The translations under genes were made by a program, and so were the position numbers. A stretch of DNA of 64,000 nt from Myxococcota bacterium (GTDB lineage: Bacteria > Myxococcota_A > UBA9042). A model generated the notes under the pieces. It made no database searches. It was not told where the DNA came from and saw nothing but the letters and a program-made list of their open reading frames with translations. Below are positions 17,560 through 26,915 of this stretch, piece by piece. Positions within the stretch are counted from its first letter, which is position 1, and the number at the start of each line of letters is the position of its first letter. The stretch lies in the NCBI GenBank assembly GCA_049317445.1, contig JBMOIG010000006.1, positions 9,459 through 73,458 of the forward strand, written 5' to 3'.

Positions 17560-18417
17560 ATGCACGAACGCGAATTCGAGATAGGAGTGGTCGTGGTCGG
17601 CTTGGGCCGGGCAGGGCAGGCGCGGGTCCGCGACGTGTCTGAGGTCGGCGGTTGCCGTCTGGTCGGGACCGTCTCGCGGCGTCCGGGTGCCGGGTCGATC
17701 ACCTTGGACGATGCGCTGACGCGACCCGACGTGGATGCCGTCATCCTCGCGACAGAAAACGATACCCATGCCCAGCTAGCCCGGCAGTTTCTGGCCGCCG
17801 GACGGCACGTGGCCGTCGAGTTTCCGCTGGCCAACACCGCGGACGATGGGGCCGACCTGTTCCGGCTGGCACAGCAACAGGGACGGGTGCTGCACACGGA
17901 GGCCATTGGGCTGCTGACCCGGTCTCACGCCACGCTGCGCGCGTTCTGCCGCGACCAAGCGTTTGTCGAGCTCACCCTGAACTTTCAAGGGGATCTGCAG
18001 GGTTGGGTTGCGGAAGAGGCGAACGCCGGGCGGTTGGGTCAGCTGGCTGTCGGTCGTCTGCATGTGCTGTGGGACGTTCTGGGGCCGTTGACGGTCCAGT
18101 CCGCCGTGCTGCACCGCGAAGGCCGGGGCTATCGATTGGAGGCAAGACTGACGGGGTGGGGAGGCTCAGCGACACTGGTCGAGCGTAGAGCGGACGGCAT
18201 GGCCCGAGGCCGAACACTGGTCGTGCAAAGCGCCGACGGTCAGCGGTGGCAGGCCGAACCCGAGCGTCCGGAACCCGGACTGTTCCGCAGTGACCTTGAG
18301 CGGTTTGTAGACCGAGTGAGAAGTGGCGGCGGCGAGGGCGTTTACCTGCCCGATGCGGACGTGCTGGGCGTGCTGCGGGTGGCCGAAGGGCTGTCGCAAG
18401 CACTGTCCATTTCATAA
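17560..18417 (+). CDS. Gfo/Idh/MocA-family NAD(P)-dependent oxidoreductase
   Basis: ATG 17560 with GAGGTGAGG upstream. N-terminal Rossmann IGVVVVGLGRAGQARV and EFPLA motif. 285 aa. Confidence 0.65.
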   Translation: MHEREFEIGVVVVGLGRAGQARVRDVSEVGGCRLVGTVSRRPGAGSITLDDALTRPDVDAVILATENDTHAQLARQFLAAGRHVAVEFPLANTADDGADLFRLAQQQGRVLHTEAIGLLTRSHATLRAFCRDQAFVELTLNFQGDLQGWVAEEANAGRLGQLAVGRLHVLWDVLGPLTVQSAVLHREGRGYRLEARLTGWGGSATLVERRADGMARGRTLVVQSADGQRWQAEPERPEPGLFRSDLERFVDRVRSGGGEGVYLPDADVLGVLRVAEGLSQALSIS

Positions 18418-18515
18418 GTCGTTTCAGGATATTGGATAGCACAGGCGGCGTTGCGTTCCTCGCTACGCTTGTACTATGCTGCACCGCCTGCGCGCCCACT
18501 TCGCGGAAGGTGACC

Positions 18516-19988
18516 ATGTCCGCCAACCGAATCTGGCCAGGGTTCCGCCCCCCGGGCTCGCGTGCGGCCGCCTGGTGCGTGGCGGGCGTGCTTGCGGCGT
18601 GCAGCGCCGACCCGGCCGCACCCGTCCCCTATACATTCGACATCCAGATCAAGAAGGACGTGAAGGACTCCGCCACCGCGCAGGACGTGGCTGAAGACGA
18701 CGCGGTGGATGCAGGACTGACGGACACTGCGGAATTCGACACGGACCCGGTGGCCGACGTCGATCTGGAAGTTCAGGCCGACACAGATCCGCCTGACGCA
18801 GACCCGGCCGATGCGGCACCCGACGAGAGCGACGACCCTGACTTGGCCGACACCCCGGACGTCGCCGCAGTGCCCGACACGGCGGACGTCGCCGCCGACG
18901 CGAAGGACGTCGAGGACGTCCCGCCGGGGACCGATGCCGTCGACGCCAAGGACGCCGCCGACGTGGCGGACGTGTTGGACATCAAGGATGCTGCGGACAT
19001 CTCCGACGTCGGCGAGGAGCCGTGGTGGGACCTGCCGGACGCCGATGCCGGAACTGTGGATGTGCCGCCGCCGGTTTGGGACAGCAGCAACCCGCCCAGC
19101 CGCGTGTGCTGGCCCGTCGCCAACGCAACGCCCGTCGAGGAGACGGTGTCTGGTGGCGGCAAGCTGGACATCCTGTTCTGGATCGACACCTCGGGCAGCA
19201 TGACCGAAGAGGCGAAGTGGCTGACGCAGAACCTGCAGGGGTTTGCCGACTTCATCGCCAAGAAGGGCATCGACTACAACCTGATGGTCATGGGCACGGG
19301 CCTTGGGCTGTGCACGCCGAAGTGTTTCGCCCCTGCGCCCAACCACTTCTGGAACAAGGTCGCGGTCTCCAGCACCAATGGCCCCACGAAGTTCCTGTCC
19401 AGCTACAACACCTACGAGGCATTCCTGCGCGACGACGCCAAGAAGAACATCGTGGCGGTGACCGACGACAACAGCTCGATGACGGCGGAGAACTTCACCC
19501 TCAATTTGCTGGCCAAGCCGAAGTTCAAGGACGGGTTCGTGCACCACAGCATCGTTGCGTTCAACGAGGACGCGCAGGGCAACCTGCTGCCCGGCATGTG
19601 CAACACGGGCGCGAGTTTGGGCACCGTCTACCTGAAGCTGACGCAGAACACCGGCGGTTCGCGCTTCAAGGTGTGCGAACAGAACTGGGCGCCGATGTTC
19701 GAGAAATTGGCCGCCAACGTGGCCAAGACCGTCTCTGCGCTGTGCACCTACGCCATCCCGCCGGTTGCAGGCAAGAACCCGGACCTGCAGCAGCTGCAGC
19801 TCAGCTACTTCACGGGCAAGGAGGTCGTCGAGCCGCTGAAGCACGTGGTCGACACTCAGGCATGCGCCGCCACTCCGAACGGCTGGTTCTTCGACGACAA
19901 CGCCAACCCGACCAAGGTCACGGTCTGCGACACCACCTGTCAGGGCATGATCGGCGGCAAGATCGTCTTTCAGTACGGTTGCTTGTAG
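18516..19988 (+). CDS. Lipoprotein with von Willebrand factor A (vWA) domain
   Basis: ATG 18516 with GGAAGG upstream. Lipobox AGVLAAC. Long acidic tether. MIDAS-like DILFWIDTSGSMTEE. Later NIVAVTDDNSSM. Confidence 0.7.
   Translation: MSANRIWPGFRPPGSRAAAWCVAGVLAACSADPAAPVPYTFDIQIKKDVKDSATAQDVAEDDAVDAGLTDTAEFDTDPVADVDLEVQADTDPPDADPADAAPDESDDPDLADTPDVAAVPDTADVAADAKDVEDVPPGTDAVDAKDAADVADVLDIKDAADISDVGEEPWWDLPDADAGTVDVPPPVWDSSNPPSRVCWPVANATPVEETVSGGGKLDILFWIDTSGSMTEEAKWLTQNLQGFADFIAKKGIDYNLMVMGTGLGLCTPKCFAPAPNHFWNKVAVSSTNGPTKFLSSYNTYEAFLRDDAKKNIVAVTDDNSSMTAENFTLNLLAKPKFKDGFVHHSIVAFNEDAQGNLLPGMCNTGASLGTVYLKLTQNTGGSRFKVCEQNWAPMFEKLAANVAKTVSALCTYAIPPVAGKNPDLQQLQLSYFTGKEVVEPLKHVVDTQACAATPNGWFFDDNANPTKVTVCDTTCQGMIGGKIVFQYGCL
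18657..19086 (+). repeat. Coding low-complexity acidic tether (D/V/A/P/T-rich, about 140 aa)
   Basis: Translation reads ...DVAEDDAVDAGLTDTAEFDTDPVADVDLEVQADTDPPDADPADAAPDESDDPDLADTPDVAAVPDTADVAADAKDVEDV...DADAGTVDVPPP. Confidence 0.7.
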
Positions 19989-20000
19989 ACACCTGTCGAC

Positions 20001-21050
20001 TCAATCGATCCAGGTGCTCGACCGACGCACCAGCTTCGCGACTGCAGCGACCCACTCCGGCGTCGCGTTGGGCGCCGGGACCAGCACCAAGTCGCCGCCC
20101 CCCGCCTGCTGGAACGTTTCGCGGCCGCGCAGCCCGATCTCCTCGATGGTCTCCAGACAGTCGGCAACGAACGAGGGCTCGGCCACCACCACGTTCTTCA
20201 CCCCTTTGCGGCCCAGTTCGGCGATCACGTCGTCGAAATAGGGGCGAATCCAAGGGATCTTGCCCAGGCGGCTCTGGAAGCAGGTGGTCGTCGCCGTCGG
20301 GTCGAGGTGCAGGCGCTCGATCAACGCCCGCGATGTTGCCATGCATTGGGCGCGGTAGCAGCTGCGGTTCGCGGACTCGAGCGTGTTGCAGCAGCCCTCG
20401 GACTTCAGGCAGTGCGCCCCCGTCAGGTCGGTGCGAGTACAGTGGCGCTCTGGCACGCCGTGATAGCTCAAGACGACGTGGTCGGGCTGCTCGCGCGCGA
20501 TGGCCCGCTGCAGCAGAGCGGCAACCACGTCCAAGTACTCGGCTTCCTGAAAGAAGGGCGGAATGATCTGCACCGATGGTACGGTCCAGCGCCGACCCGC
20601 TTCGTTCAGCACCGCTGCCGCTGCCGACCCGAACGACGCCGACGCGTACTGCGGAAACAAGGGCAGGGCGACCACGCGATCGATGCCCGCCGCCTGAAAC
20701 GCGTCCAGCGCGCCGGCGATGGACGGTTCACCGAACTGCATCGCCAGTCGCACTTCCACGCCCGTCCCCAAAGCCGCCTGCAGCCCCGCCGCCAAGTCCT
20801 GACCATGGAACAGCAGCGGCGAGCCTCGCGGTGTCCAGATCTGCCGGTACGCGTGGGCAGACTTGCGCGGCCGGAACGGCAGGATGATCAGGTTGAGCAG
20901 CAGCCACCGCCCCAAAGCAGGCATGTCGATGACCCTGGGATCGCTCAGGAATTGACGCAGATAGCGGCGCACGTCTGCCGTTTGCGGCGACTTCGGGGTC
21001 CCGGTGTTGACGAGCAGCAGGCCGGTGCGGGTAGGCGGTTGAACAGTCAT
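20001..21050 (-). CDS. hemH: Ferrochelatase
   Basis: GAGGA RBS. LLLVNTGTPKSP, VVLSYHGVPERH and the overall pattern of a 349-aa ferrochelatase. Confidence 0.9.
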   Translation of the reverse strand: MTVQPPTRTGLLLVNTGTPKSPQTADVRRYLRQFLSDPRVIDMPALGRWLLLNLIILPFRPRKSAHAYRQIWTPRGSPLLFHGQDLAAGLQAALGTGVEVRLAMQFGEPSIAGALDAFQAAGIDRVVALPLFPQYASASFGSAAAAVLNEAGRRWTVPSVQIIPPFFQEAEYLDVVAALLQRAIAREQPDHVVLSYHGVPERHCTRTDLTGAHCLKSEGCCNTLESANRSCYRAQCMATSRALIERLHLDPTATTTCFQSRLGKIPWIRPYFDDVIAELGRKGVKNVVVAEPSFVADCLETIEEIGLRGRETFQQAGGGDLVLVPAPNATPEWVAAVAKLVRRSSTWID

Positions 21051-21288
21051 GGCGTTCCTCAGCGCGGACGAAGCAGAAACCTAACACGACACGTCGGTCA
21101 CGTCTGCCGACGACAGGGGCACAAGGAATCGCACCGATCCGGTGACGCGCTTGCATTCCTTCCCTTGATGATGCCTCGTCGATTCGGCTATCGTGGGGAT
21201 TCGTCCGGGCGCGCACCGCCGCCCGCCCCCGCGCCGGACTGACACCCCGCCGCCACCGTCAACGAATGGTGACGCAAGGAGTTCCCGA

Positions 21289-21975
21289 ATGCTCCCCCCG
21301 CTTGCCCCGCGTCGGTTGTTCGGCGTTCGCCGCATGGCAGCCGTCGCCCTCGCCACGGTCCTCGGCACCGCCTTCGTCGGCTTGCCCCAGACGGCCTGTG
21401 CGTTCACCGTGCTGCAGGTCGACCTGTACGACCTCGTCCAGAGTGCAGATGTCGTCGCCCACGGGGTAGTCGAGCGCACGACCGTGATCGATCGCCGCAA
21501 GGAAGGTCGCAGCATCTGGACGGAATTCACGCTGCGGGTGACGGAGGTCTGGAAGGGTGACGCCAAGAAGGTCGGCCCCCGCTTCACTTGGCGTCACGTT
21601 GGCGGCACCGGACAGGACGGCATCACCGTCGCCGTGCCGGGTATGCCCACCTTCGTTCAAGGTGAGGAAGTGGTTGTCATCCTTGAGAAGACCTCAGAAG
21701 GACACGTGATTTCCGCCGGTCCCCAAGGCAAGTTCTTCGTTCGCACCGACAAGTTGGGGCGCAAGACCGTCACGCGCGATCTGCTCGACGTCCACTTGCT
21801 GCACCGCGACGCCCACACCGGCAAGGTCAGCGAAGTCCCCACCACGACGCAAGTCACGCGCTTCCTGAAGGACTTCCGCGCAGAGGTGCTGGGCTATGTC
21901 GCTGCTCAGGCCAAGGCTACCGTCAAGCCCACCGCCCCAGTCAAGGTTTCCCCCCCCGGCCCCATCGGGAAGTAG
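21289..21975 (+). CDS. Secreted hypothetical protein
   Basis: ATG 21289 with AAGGAG upstream. Signal peptide MLPPLAPRRLFGVRRMAAVALATVLGTAFVGLPQTACA. No family recognised. Lies 43 nt upstream of the metalloprotease gene. Confidence 0.55.
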   Translation: MLPPLAPRRLFGVRRMAAVALATVLGTAFVGLPQTACAFTVLQVDLYDLVQSADVVAHGVVERTTVIDRRKEGRSIWTEFTLRVTEVWKGDAKKVGPRFTWRHVGGTGQDGITVAVPGMPTFVQGEEVVVILEKTSEGHVISAGPQGKFFVRTDKLGRKTVTRDLLDVHLLHRDAHTGKVSEVPTTTQVTRFLKDFRAEVLGYVAAQAKATVKPTAPVKVSPPGPIGK

Positions 21976-22018
21976 CCCACCCACCTCTTCGCAGCTTCCC
22001 GAGACAGGAGTCCTCCCC

Positions 22019-24199
22019 ATGCGGCTCACCGGCGCTCCCTCCTTCGCCCCTCTGGCGCGCGCCCTGTTGACCCTGGCCTTGTGTTGGCCGGCCCAGGCTC
22101 AGGCGTTCTCGGTCTCTGTGCCGACGCCGACCACCAAGACCTTCGTCAAGTGGTACACCAACAAGGTGATGTACTACCTGCACCCCTCCGGCACGCCCGA
22201 CATCGGCGCGGCCGCCTCTCTGGACGAGCTGCGGCTGGGCTGGAAGGGTTGGATGGACATCAACTGCACCGGGTTGCAGTTCATCGAGGGCTACCACTGC
22301 AACACGGCGCAGGGGAAGTGCCTGTACGACAAGTCCGGCGGCGTGGCGGTCTCGTGCAGCAAGGATGCGGACTGCCCGTCAGCCTTGAACGTCAAGGTTG
22401 TTCCGATCGGCTATAACCCCAACAACCGCAACGAGTTGGTCTTTGTCGAGAACGCGGACTGGCAGTTTGGCAAGTACGTACTGGGCGTCACTTCGCCAGT
22501 CTTCGGCAACAACGGCGCCATTCTTGAGGCGGACATCGCCTTCAACGGCTATAGCCAGAAGTGGACGACCAAGTCGGGAGAGGCGGGGTCCGGCACGCAG
22601 CACTTGCTCAGCGTCGCCATCCACGAACAGGGCCACTTCTTCGGCGCCCAGCACGTGCTCGGTGGCTACAACGCCAAGGATCCTCCGACGATGGCGCCAG
22701 TCGTGCAGCCGTTCGGCATGTCGGCGACGCTGAACACGGATGACCAGAAGGTCGCGTGCTTTCTGAACCCTAAGTCGGGTCCTTACACCTGCGGCACCGA
22801 CGCGGACTGCCCCTACATCAACGCGCAGAACCAACAGTCGGGTGAGGAGTACTACTCCGCCAAGCTCGTCTGCAACTCGGGCTCTTGCGCTTGGTCCGGC
22901 GCCGGCACGCCCGTCGGTGGCACTACCGCGCTGGGAGGCGTCTGCACCGCGTCCAAGGACTGCAAGACCGGCCTGTTCTGCCAACCGTTCGGTTCCCAAG
23001 CCTACTGCTCGCAGGAGTGTACTGTCACCGCCAAGAACTGCCCGACCGGCTACACGTGCTACGCCTACCAGAACGGCGGCGGCAAGGGCGCCTGCCTGCC
23101 CGGCCAGGGCGAGCCGACGCCCACCAAGACGCCAGGCACCGCCTGCAGTTCCAGCGCCGAGTGCACCACCCTGATGTGTCTGGACAACGTGTGCCGCGTG
23201 AAGTGCACCACCGGCAATCCCATCGAGTGCGCCAAGGGCACCGAGCAGTGCGCGCCCATTCCGTCAGCCGGTTACGGCGGCTGCCTGCCCGTGGACCAGC
23301 CCGCCCAGAAACTGCCGCTGGGGGCCAAGTGCTTCGACGCCACCGAGTGCGACTCCGGCGCGTGCCTGAAGGCTGACCTGCAGGCCAACTACGGTCTGTG
23401 TCGACAGAAGTGCTCGGGCAAGGGGACGTGCCCCAGCGGATTCTCCTGCATTCAGCAGGTGGAGGGCTTCATGGCCTGCCTGCCCGGCAACGACAAGGTC
23501 CCCGTCGGCAGCGCGTGCACCGGCACCGGCGACTGCGACACCAACCTGTGCATCGACGCCGGCAACGCGATGTTCTGTTCGAAGAACTGCGACTTGAATC
23601 AGGTCGGCGTCTGCCCCTGCGGCATGGCCTGCACCAGCACCAGCATCGGCCCCATCTGCTACCCCGGCACCAAACAGGCGTGCGTGTCGATCGGCCAGTC
23701 GTGCACGGCAGACAGCGAGTGTTTCTCTGGGCTTTGCGCGGGGGGCCTCTGCGTCGCCAGCTGCGACGTCGGCACCGGTCAAGGCGGCTGCCTGCAGGGC
23801 GAGGCGTGCCTGCGCGTTCAGAACGCCAACAGCCGAGGCCGCTGCGAGAAGACCGGCGCGACCAATCTGGGCGACCTGTGCGCCCAGGACTCGGACTGCA
23901 AGTCGCTGTTGTGCGCCCCGGAGTTGGCCAGCCCGCTTGAGCTGCGTTGTCAGAAACCCTGTGATCCGTCTCAGGATTCCTGCGGACCCGGCTTGGCCTG
24001 TCGCGCGCTGGGCGTGGGGCTGGGAGCGTGCGTGCTCGTCGAGGACATCCCCAACGTGCCGGACGTGCCTGTAGTCGGTTCGCTGGTCCCGTCGAATTCG
24101 AGCGGCTGCGCAGCGGGCGGGCGTGCGGCACCCGCGGGACTTGCGTTGCTGTTCGCGGCTCTTGCGCTGATGACGTGGCGGCGGCGGTCGCGCGTCTAG
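22019..24199 (+). CDS. Secreted metzincin-type zinc metalloprotease with Cys-rich modules and MYXO-CTERM-like tail
   Basis: ATG 22019 with ACAGGAG upstream. Signal peptide ending AQAQA. HEQGHFFGAQH (HExxHxxGxxH, nt 22622-22654) and Met-turn-like PTMAP. Six Cys-rich modules. C-terminus SSGCAAGGRAAPAGLALLFAALALMTWRRRSRV. Confidence 0.8.
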   Translation: MRLTGAPSFAPLARALLTLALCWPAQAQAFSVSVPTPTTKTFVKWYTNKVMYYLHPSGTPDIGAAASLDELRLGWKGWMDINCTGLQFIEGYHCNTAQGKCLYDKSGGVAVSCSKDADCPSALNVKVVPIGYNPNNRNELVFVENADWQFGKYVLGVTSPVFGNNGAILEADIAFNGYSQKWTTKSGEAGSGTQHLLSVAIHEQGHFFGAQHVLGGYNAKDPPTMAPVVQPFGMSATLNTDDQKVACFLNPKSGPYTCGTDADCPYINAQNQQSGEEYYSAKLVCNSGSCAWSGAGTPVGGTTALGGVCTASKDCKTGLFCQPFGSQAYCSQECTVTAKNCPTGYTCYAYQNGGGKGACLPGQGEPTPTKTPGTACSSSAECTTLMCLDNVCRVKCTTGNPIECAKGTEQCAPIPSAGYGGCLPVDQPAQKLPLGAKCFDATECDSGACLKADLQANYGLCRQKCSGKGTCPSGFSCIQQVEGFMACLPGNDKVPVGSACTGTGDCDTNLCIDAGNAMFCSKNCDLNQVGVCPCGMACTSTSIGPICYPGTKQACVSIGQSCTADSECFSGLCAGGLCVASCDVGTGQGGCLQGEACLRVQNANSRGRCEKTGATNLGDLCAQDSDCKSLLCAPELASPLELRCQKPCDPSQDSCGPGLACRALGVGLGACVLVEDIPNVPDVPVVGSLVPSNSSGCAAGGRAAPAGLALLFAALALMTWRRRSRV
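22928..24031 (+). repeat. Six tandem Cys-rich extracellular modules (coding)
   Basis: Recurrent G-x-x-C-x4..5-C-x3..4-C-x..-C-x3-C followed by C-P-x-G-F/Y-x-C. Examples: LGGVCTASKDCKTGLFC...CSQEC, PGTACSSSAECTTLMCLDNVCRVKC, LGAKCFDATECDSGACL...CRQKC, VGSACTGTGDCDTNLCI...CSKNC, IGQSCTADSECFSGLCAGGLCVASC and LGDLCAQDSDCKSLLCA...CQKPC. Confidence 0.7.
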
Positions 24200-24211
24200 A
24201 ACGGCGCTCGC

Positions 24212-25240
24212 TCAGGCCCAGCCAAAACGCTCAATTCCCATCCAGATCAGCGGCATCGGTCGTTCGGCGTCCAGCCAGGCGATCATCGGCAGCCCCTTGT
24301 CCCGCGTACGTTCGACCGTGCCCAGTGGACGGCGGTTCGGCTCGTGCCAGGGGTCCAGCCCGGTGTCGCGGTCGGCGTCCCACCAGACAACGTGTGTCAG
24401 TCCCTCGCGCACGGCTTGGGCAGCAGCGGCCTGGGTCAACGTGCGGGCGTCCTGAGCGCTCTCTGGCCGCCAAAGCAGCACATGCAGCACGGTTTCCGCG
24501 GCATCGCTGGTCCACAGCACCCAACCGCCGTCGGGCCCCCGGGCGCCAATGACGTGCGGCTCTGGTAGCTGCCGGGCCCACGCACGCGAGCGCGCACGCA
24601 GGTGGAACCACTCGATGCGCTCGGCCTGAGGAGCTTCGGCCACCGCCGGCGCCGTGGTCACGCCCAGCCACGAGGGCGTCCGCTCGACTTGCTGGTGCAA
24701 CAGGTCCGCCACATCGGCCAGTCCCAGCTCGGTCGCCCGCAGCGGCCAGCGGTCAGACGCGGCCACCCGCAAGACGGATTCCCTTGCAGGATGAAGCAGA
24801 TAGCCCAGGCGTCGGTAGAGCTGCGGCCCGACGTCGCTGTACAGCGTCAGCGCCGAATTGCCCTCGAAACGCAGCTCTGCCCCCAAACGGCGCAGCAGCT
24901 CGGTTGCGTGACCCTGTTGACGCAGCTGGGGCGCGACCAGCACCGAGGCGATCGTCTGGCCCTTCACCCGCTCGGCACGGCCTTCGGCGTCCGCCGCCCA
25001 CAGCTCGCAGGCGTAGGTCTCGCAGCTGGCCACAGGCTCACCGTCCGGGTCGACCAACAACCACATCCTGAGGACATCGCGCAGGAAATCATCGGTTGCG
25101 AGCGTTTCCTCTCGCCGCAGAAAGTCGTCGATGGCGAAACCGTCACCCCACGCCTGATGATGCAGACGCCACCGCTGCGCACGCTGCTTGTGCGTGGCCA
25201 GTACCAGCGCAAAGGCCTGGGTGTCGCCGGTCTCGCTCAT
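24212..25240 (-). CDS. GNAT-family N-acetyltransferase with extra C-terminal domain (putative)
   Basis: ATG 25240 overlaps the upstream stop (ATGA). Acetyl-CoA motif-A-like VLVAPQLRQQGHATELLRRL. 342 aa. Confidence 0.6.
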   Translation of the reverse strand: MSETGDTQAFALVLATHKQRAQRWRLHHQAWGDGFAIDDFLRREETLATDDFLRDVLRMWLLVDPDGEPVASCETYACELWAADAEGRAERVKGQTIASVLVAPQLRQQGHATELLRRLGAELRFEGNSALTLYSDVGPQLYRRLGYLLHPARESVLRVAASDRWPLRATELGLADVADLLHQQVERTPSWLGVTTAPAVAEAPQAERIEWFHLRARSRAWARQLPEPHVIGARGPDGGWVLWTSDAAETVLHVLLWRPESAQDARTLTQAAAAQAVREGLTHVVWWDADRDTGLDPWHEPNRRPLGTVERTRDKGLPMIAWLDAERPMPLIWMGIERFGWA

Positions 25241-26709
25241 GGCATCACGCTGGGGTCGTTGCAGTCCACGGCGGGGCGAATGACGCAATTGCGCTCGGCG
25301 ACCAAGGGCTTTCCCGCGACGCGGTCATCGATCCACTTGCGCATGTAGGGCAGCGACGCAAGCGCCCCGTCGGTGTGGCCCAGACCCGCGCACTCCAAAT
25401 ACTCGATACGATAGCCCTGCTTGCACAGCTCCGGGATGCTCTTGCGCTCCGTTTCGGTGATGACGAGCTCGTCCTTCTCGCTGTACGTCACCAGCACCGG
25501 GCGGTCCTTCAGCCGTGGCACGGATGTCCAAGGCACACTGTTCTCGCTGATCATGCAGCCCCAAGGCGGAAGGGCATCGAACTGACCGGCGGCCACTTTG
25601 GTCAGAAAATCCGGGGAGTACAAATCAGACAGCGTCTTCAGCGTGGACACGTCGACGTCGGGCTTGCAGCTGGTCGACAGCCAAACCGGAACATTCTCGG
25701 CAAGCTTCAAAGGCTCAGCATTGGCGAGCACTTCCTTCAGATCCCCCAAGCCATACCACTGCTGCCAGGCCGTCAGCGCGGCCACCAGCGTGATGGCGGT
25801 CGCTCCCGGATGGTTGGCGCCCCAGACCGCCAACGCGCGCAAGTCGGTCGCGGGAACGGCGGCGGCAACGGCCAGCACGTCGATCTCCGGCGCGTAGTGC
25901 GGTTGATAGCGATCGACGAAGAACGCAGCGTGCCCTCCCTGCGAGCCGCCCCAAACGATGGTGCGCTGCAGGTCCGGATCCGTCAGGGTCGCATCTTTCG
26001 CCAGAGCCACGGCAGCCGCGCGCACGGCGTCCAGGCTGGCGACGGCAGTAGCCTCGCCGACCAGATACGAGTGGATCGACCCGGTTGGCGACGGGTCACC
26101 AAAACCGCGCAACCCCAAGTAATCAGGGGCAACCGTGACGTACCCCAGCGAAGCCAGCAGGGCGACCAAACCCGCCCCCTGCAGCTCGTCCTTTGACGGC
26201 GCGCAGTCGTCCATGAAGCCGGTTGTGCCATGCAGCCACAGCACCATCGGCACCGGGCCCTTGGTGTCCAGACCGGTCGGCACGCCGACCAGCGCGGTGG
26301 CCTCCGTCAGCTGTCCCTTGTCCTGGGTGGTGTAGCGCAACTTGAAGGTTCGAGCGCCGTTGCGGATCACGCCCAGGTCGTAGCCCGAGTTCTTCAGCAG
26401 TTGCTCGATGGTGGCAGCGGACAGGTTGGTCAGCGCCATTTCGTCGAACTGCACCGGTTGGCCGACCTGAGCGGCGGGCAGCCACGCAAACGGCGCGGCG
26501 CCGCACCGCTCTGGCGTGAACGGCGTGATGTCCGCATCAGTGCTGGCGTCTTCCGTGTCGGCCGCCACGTCCTGCGGCGTCGAGTCGCCCGTCACCGCAT
26601 CCTCTGGGGCTGCAGTGTCCACGGCATCGGTCTCACACCCGGCCAAGACCAAGACTGCGACCAAACACGACACGAACACGAGGTGGCGAGGGGAAGTGCG
26701 TTTCTTCAT
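25237..26709 (-). CDS. Alpha/beta-hydrolase lipoprotein (secreted lipase/esterase-like)
   Basis: Lipobox MKKRTSPRHLVFVSCLVAVLVLAGC. Acidic tether. Nucleophile elbow VWGGSQGGHAA. C-terminal ...AGLGHTDGA (His). Confidence 0.7.
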   Translation of the reverse strand: MKKRTSPRHLVFVSCLVAVLVLAGCETDAVDTAAPEDAVTGDSTPQDVAADTEDASTDADITPFTPERCGAAPFAWLPAAQVGQPVQFDEMALTNLSAATIEQLLKNSGYDLGVIRNGARTFKLRYTTQDKGQLTEATALVGVPTGLDTKGPVPMVLWLHGTTGFMDDCAPSKDELQGAGLVALLASLGYVTVAPDYLGLRGFGDPSPTGSIHSYLVGEATAVASLDAVRAAAVALAKDATLTDPDLQRTIVWGGSQGGHAAFFVDRYQPHYAPEIDVLAVAAAVPATDLRALAVWGANHPGATAITLVAALTAWQQWYGLGDLKEVLANAEPLKLAENVPVWLSTSCKPDVDVSTLKTLSDLYSPDFLTKVAAGQFDALPPWGCMISENSVPWTSVPRLKDRPVLVTYSEKDELVITETERKSIPELCKQGYRIEYLECAGLGHTDGALASLPYMRKWIDDRVAGKPLVAERNCVIRPAVDCNDPSVMP

Positions 26710-26887
26710 GGCGTCACATCATGCGTCGAGGGGGGGGAGTCGGAAACGGCCGTCTGGGTCCCGTCGGGCGCAAGGAATTACCACCTTCGCCCATGTGCCG
26801 CCACCGCCGAGGGGTAGACCGGCATCCCCCGCGCAGAAGATTCGACTCCTGATCCAGTGTGGCGAGGCGAGCTTGACGAGCCATGCC

Positions 26888-26915
26888 TTGACCCTCCCCC
26901 CGCCACGACTATTCT
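26888..26915 (+). promoter_or_regulatory. Candidate sigma70-like promoter for the downstream membrane-protein gene
   Basis: TTGACC (26888-26893), a 16-nt spacer, then TATTCT (26910-26915), about 48 nt upstream of ATG 26963. Pattern match only. Confidence 0.3.

Noticed and set aside
18657-19086. Short GAC/GTC/GCC periodicity that could be mistaken for a tandem DNA repeat or CRISPR-like array.
   Set aside because: There are no conserved direct repeats with unique spacers. The periodicity is codon-level and results from the acidic D/V/A low-complexity tether within a continuous ORF.
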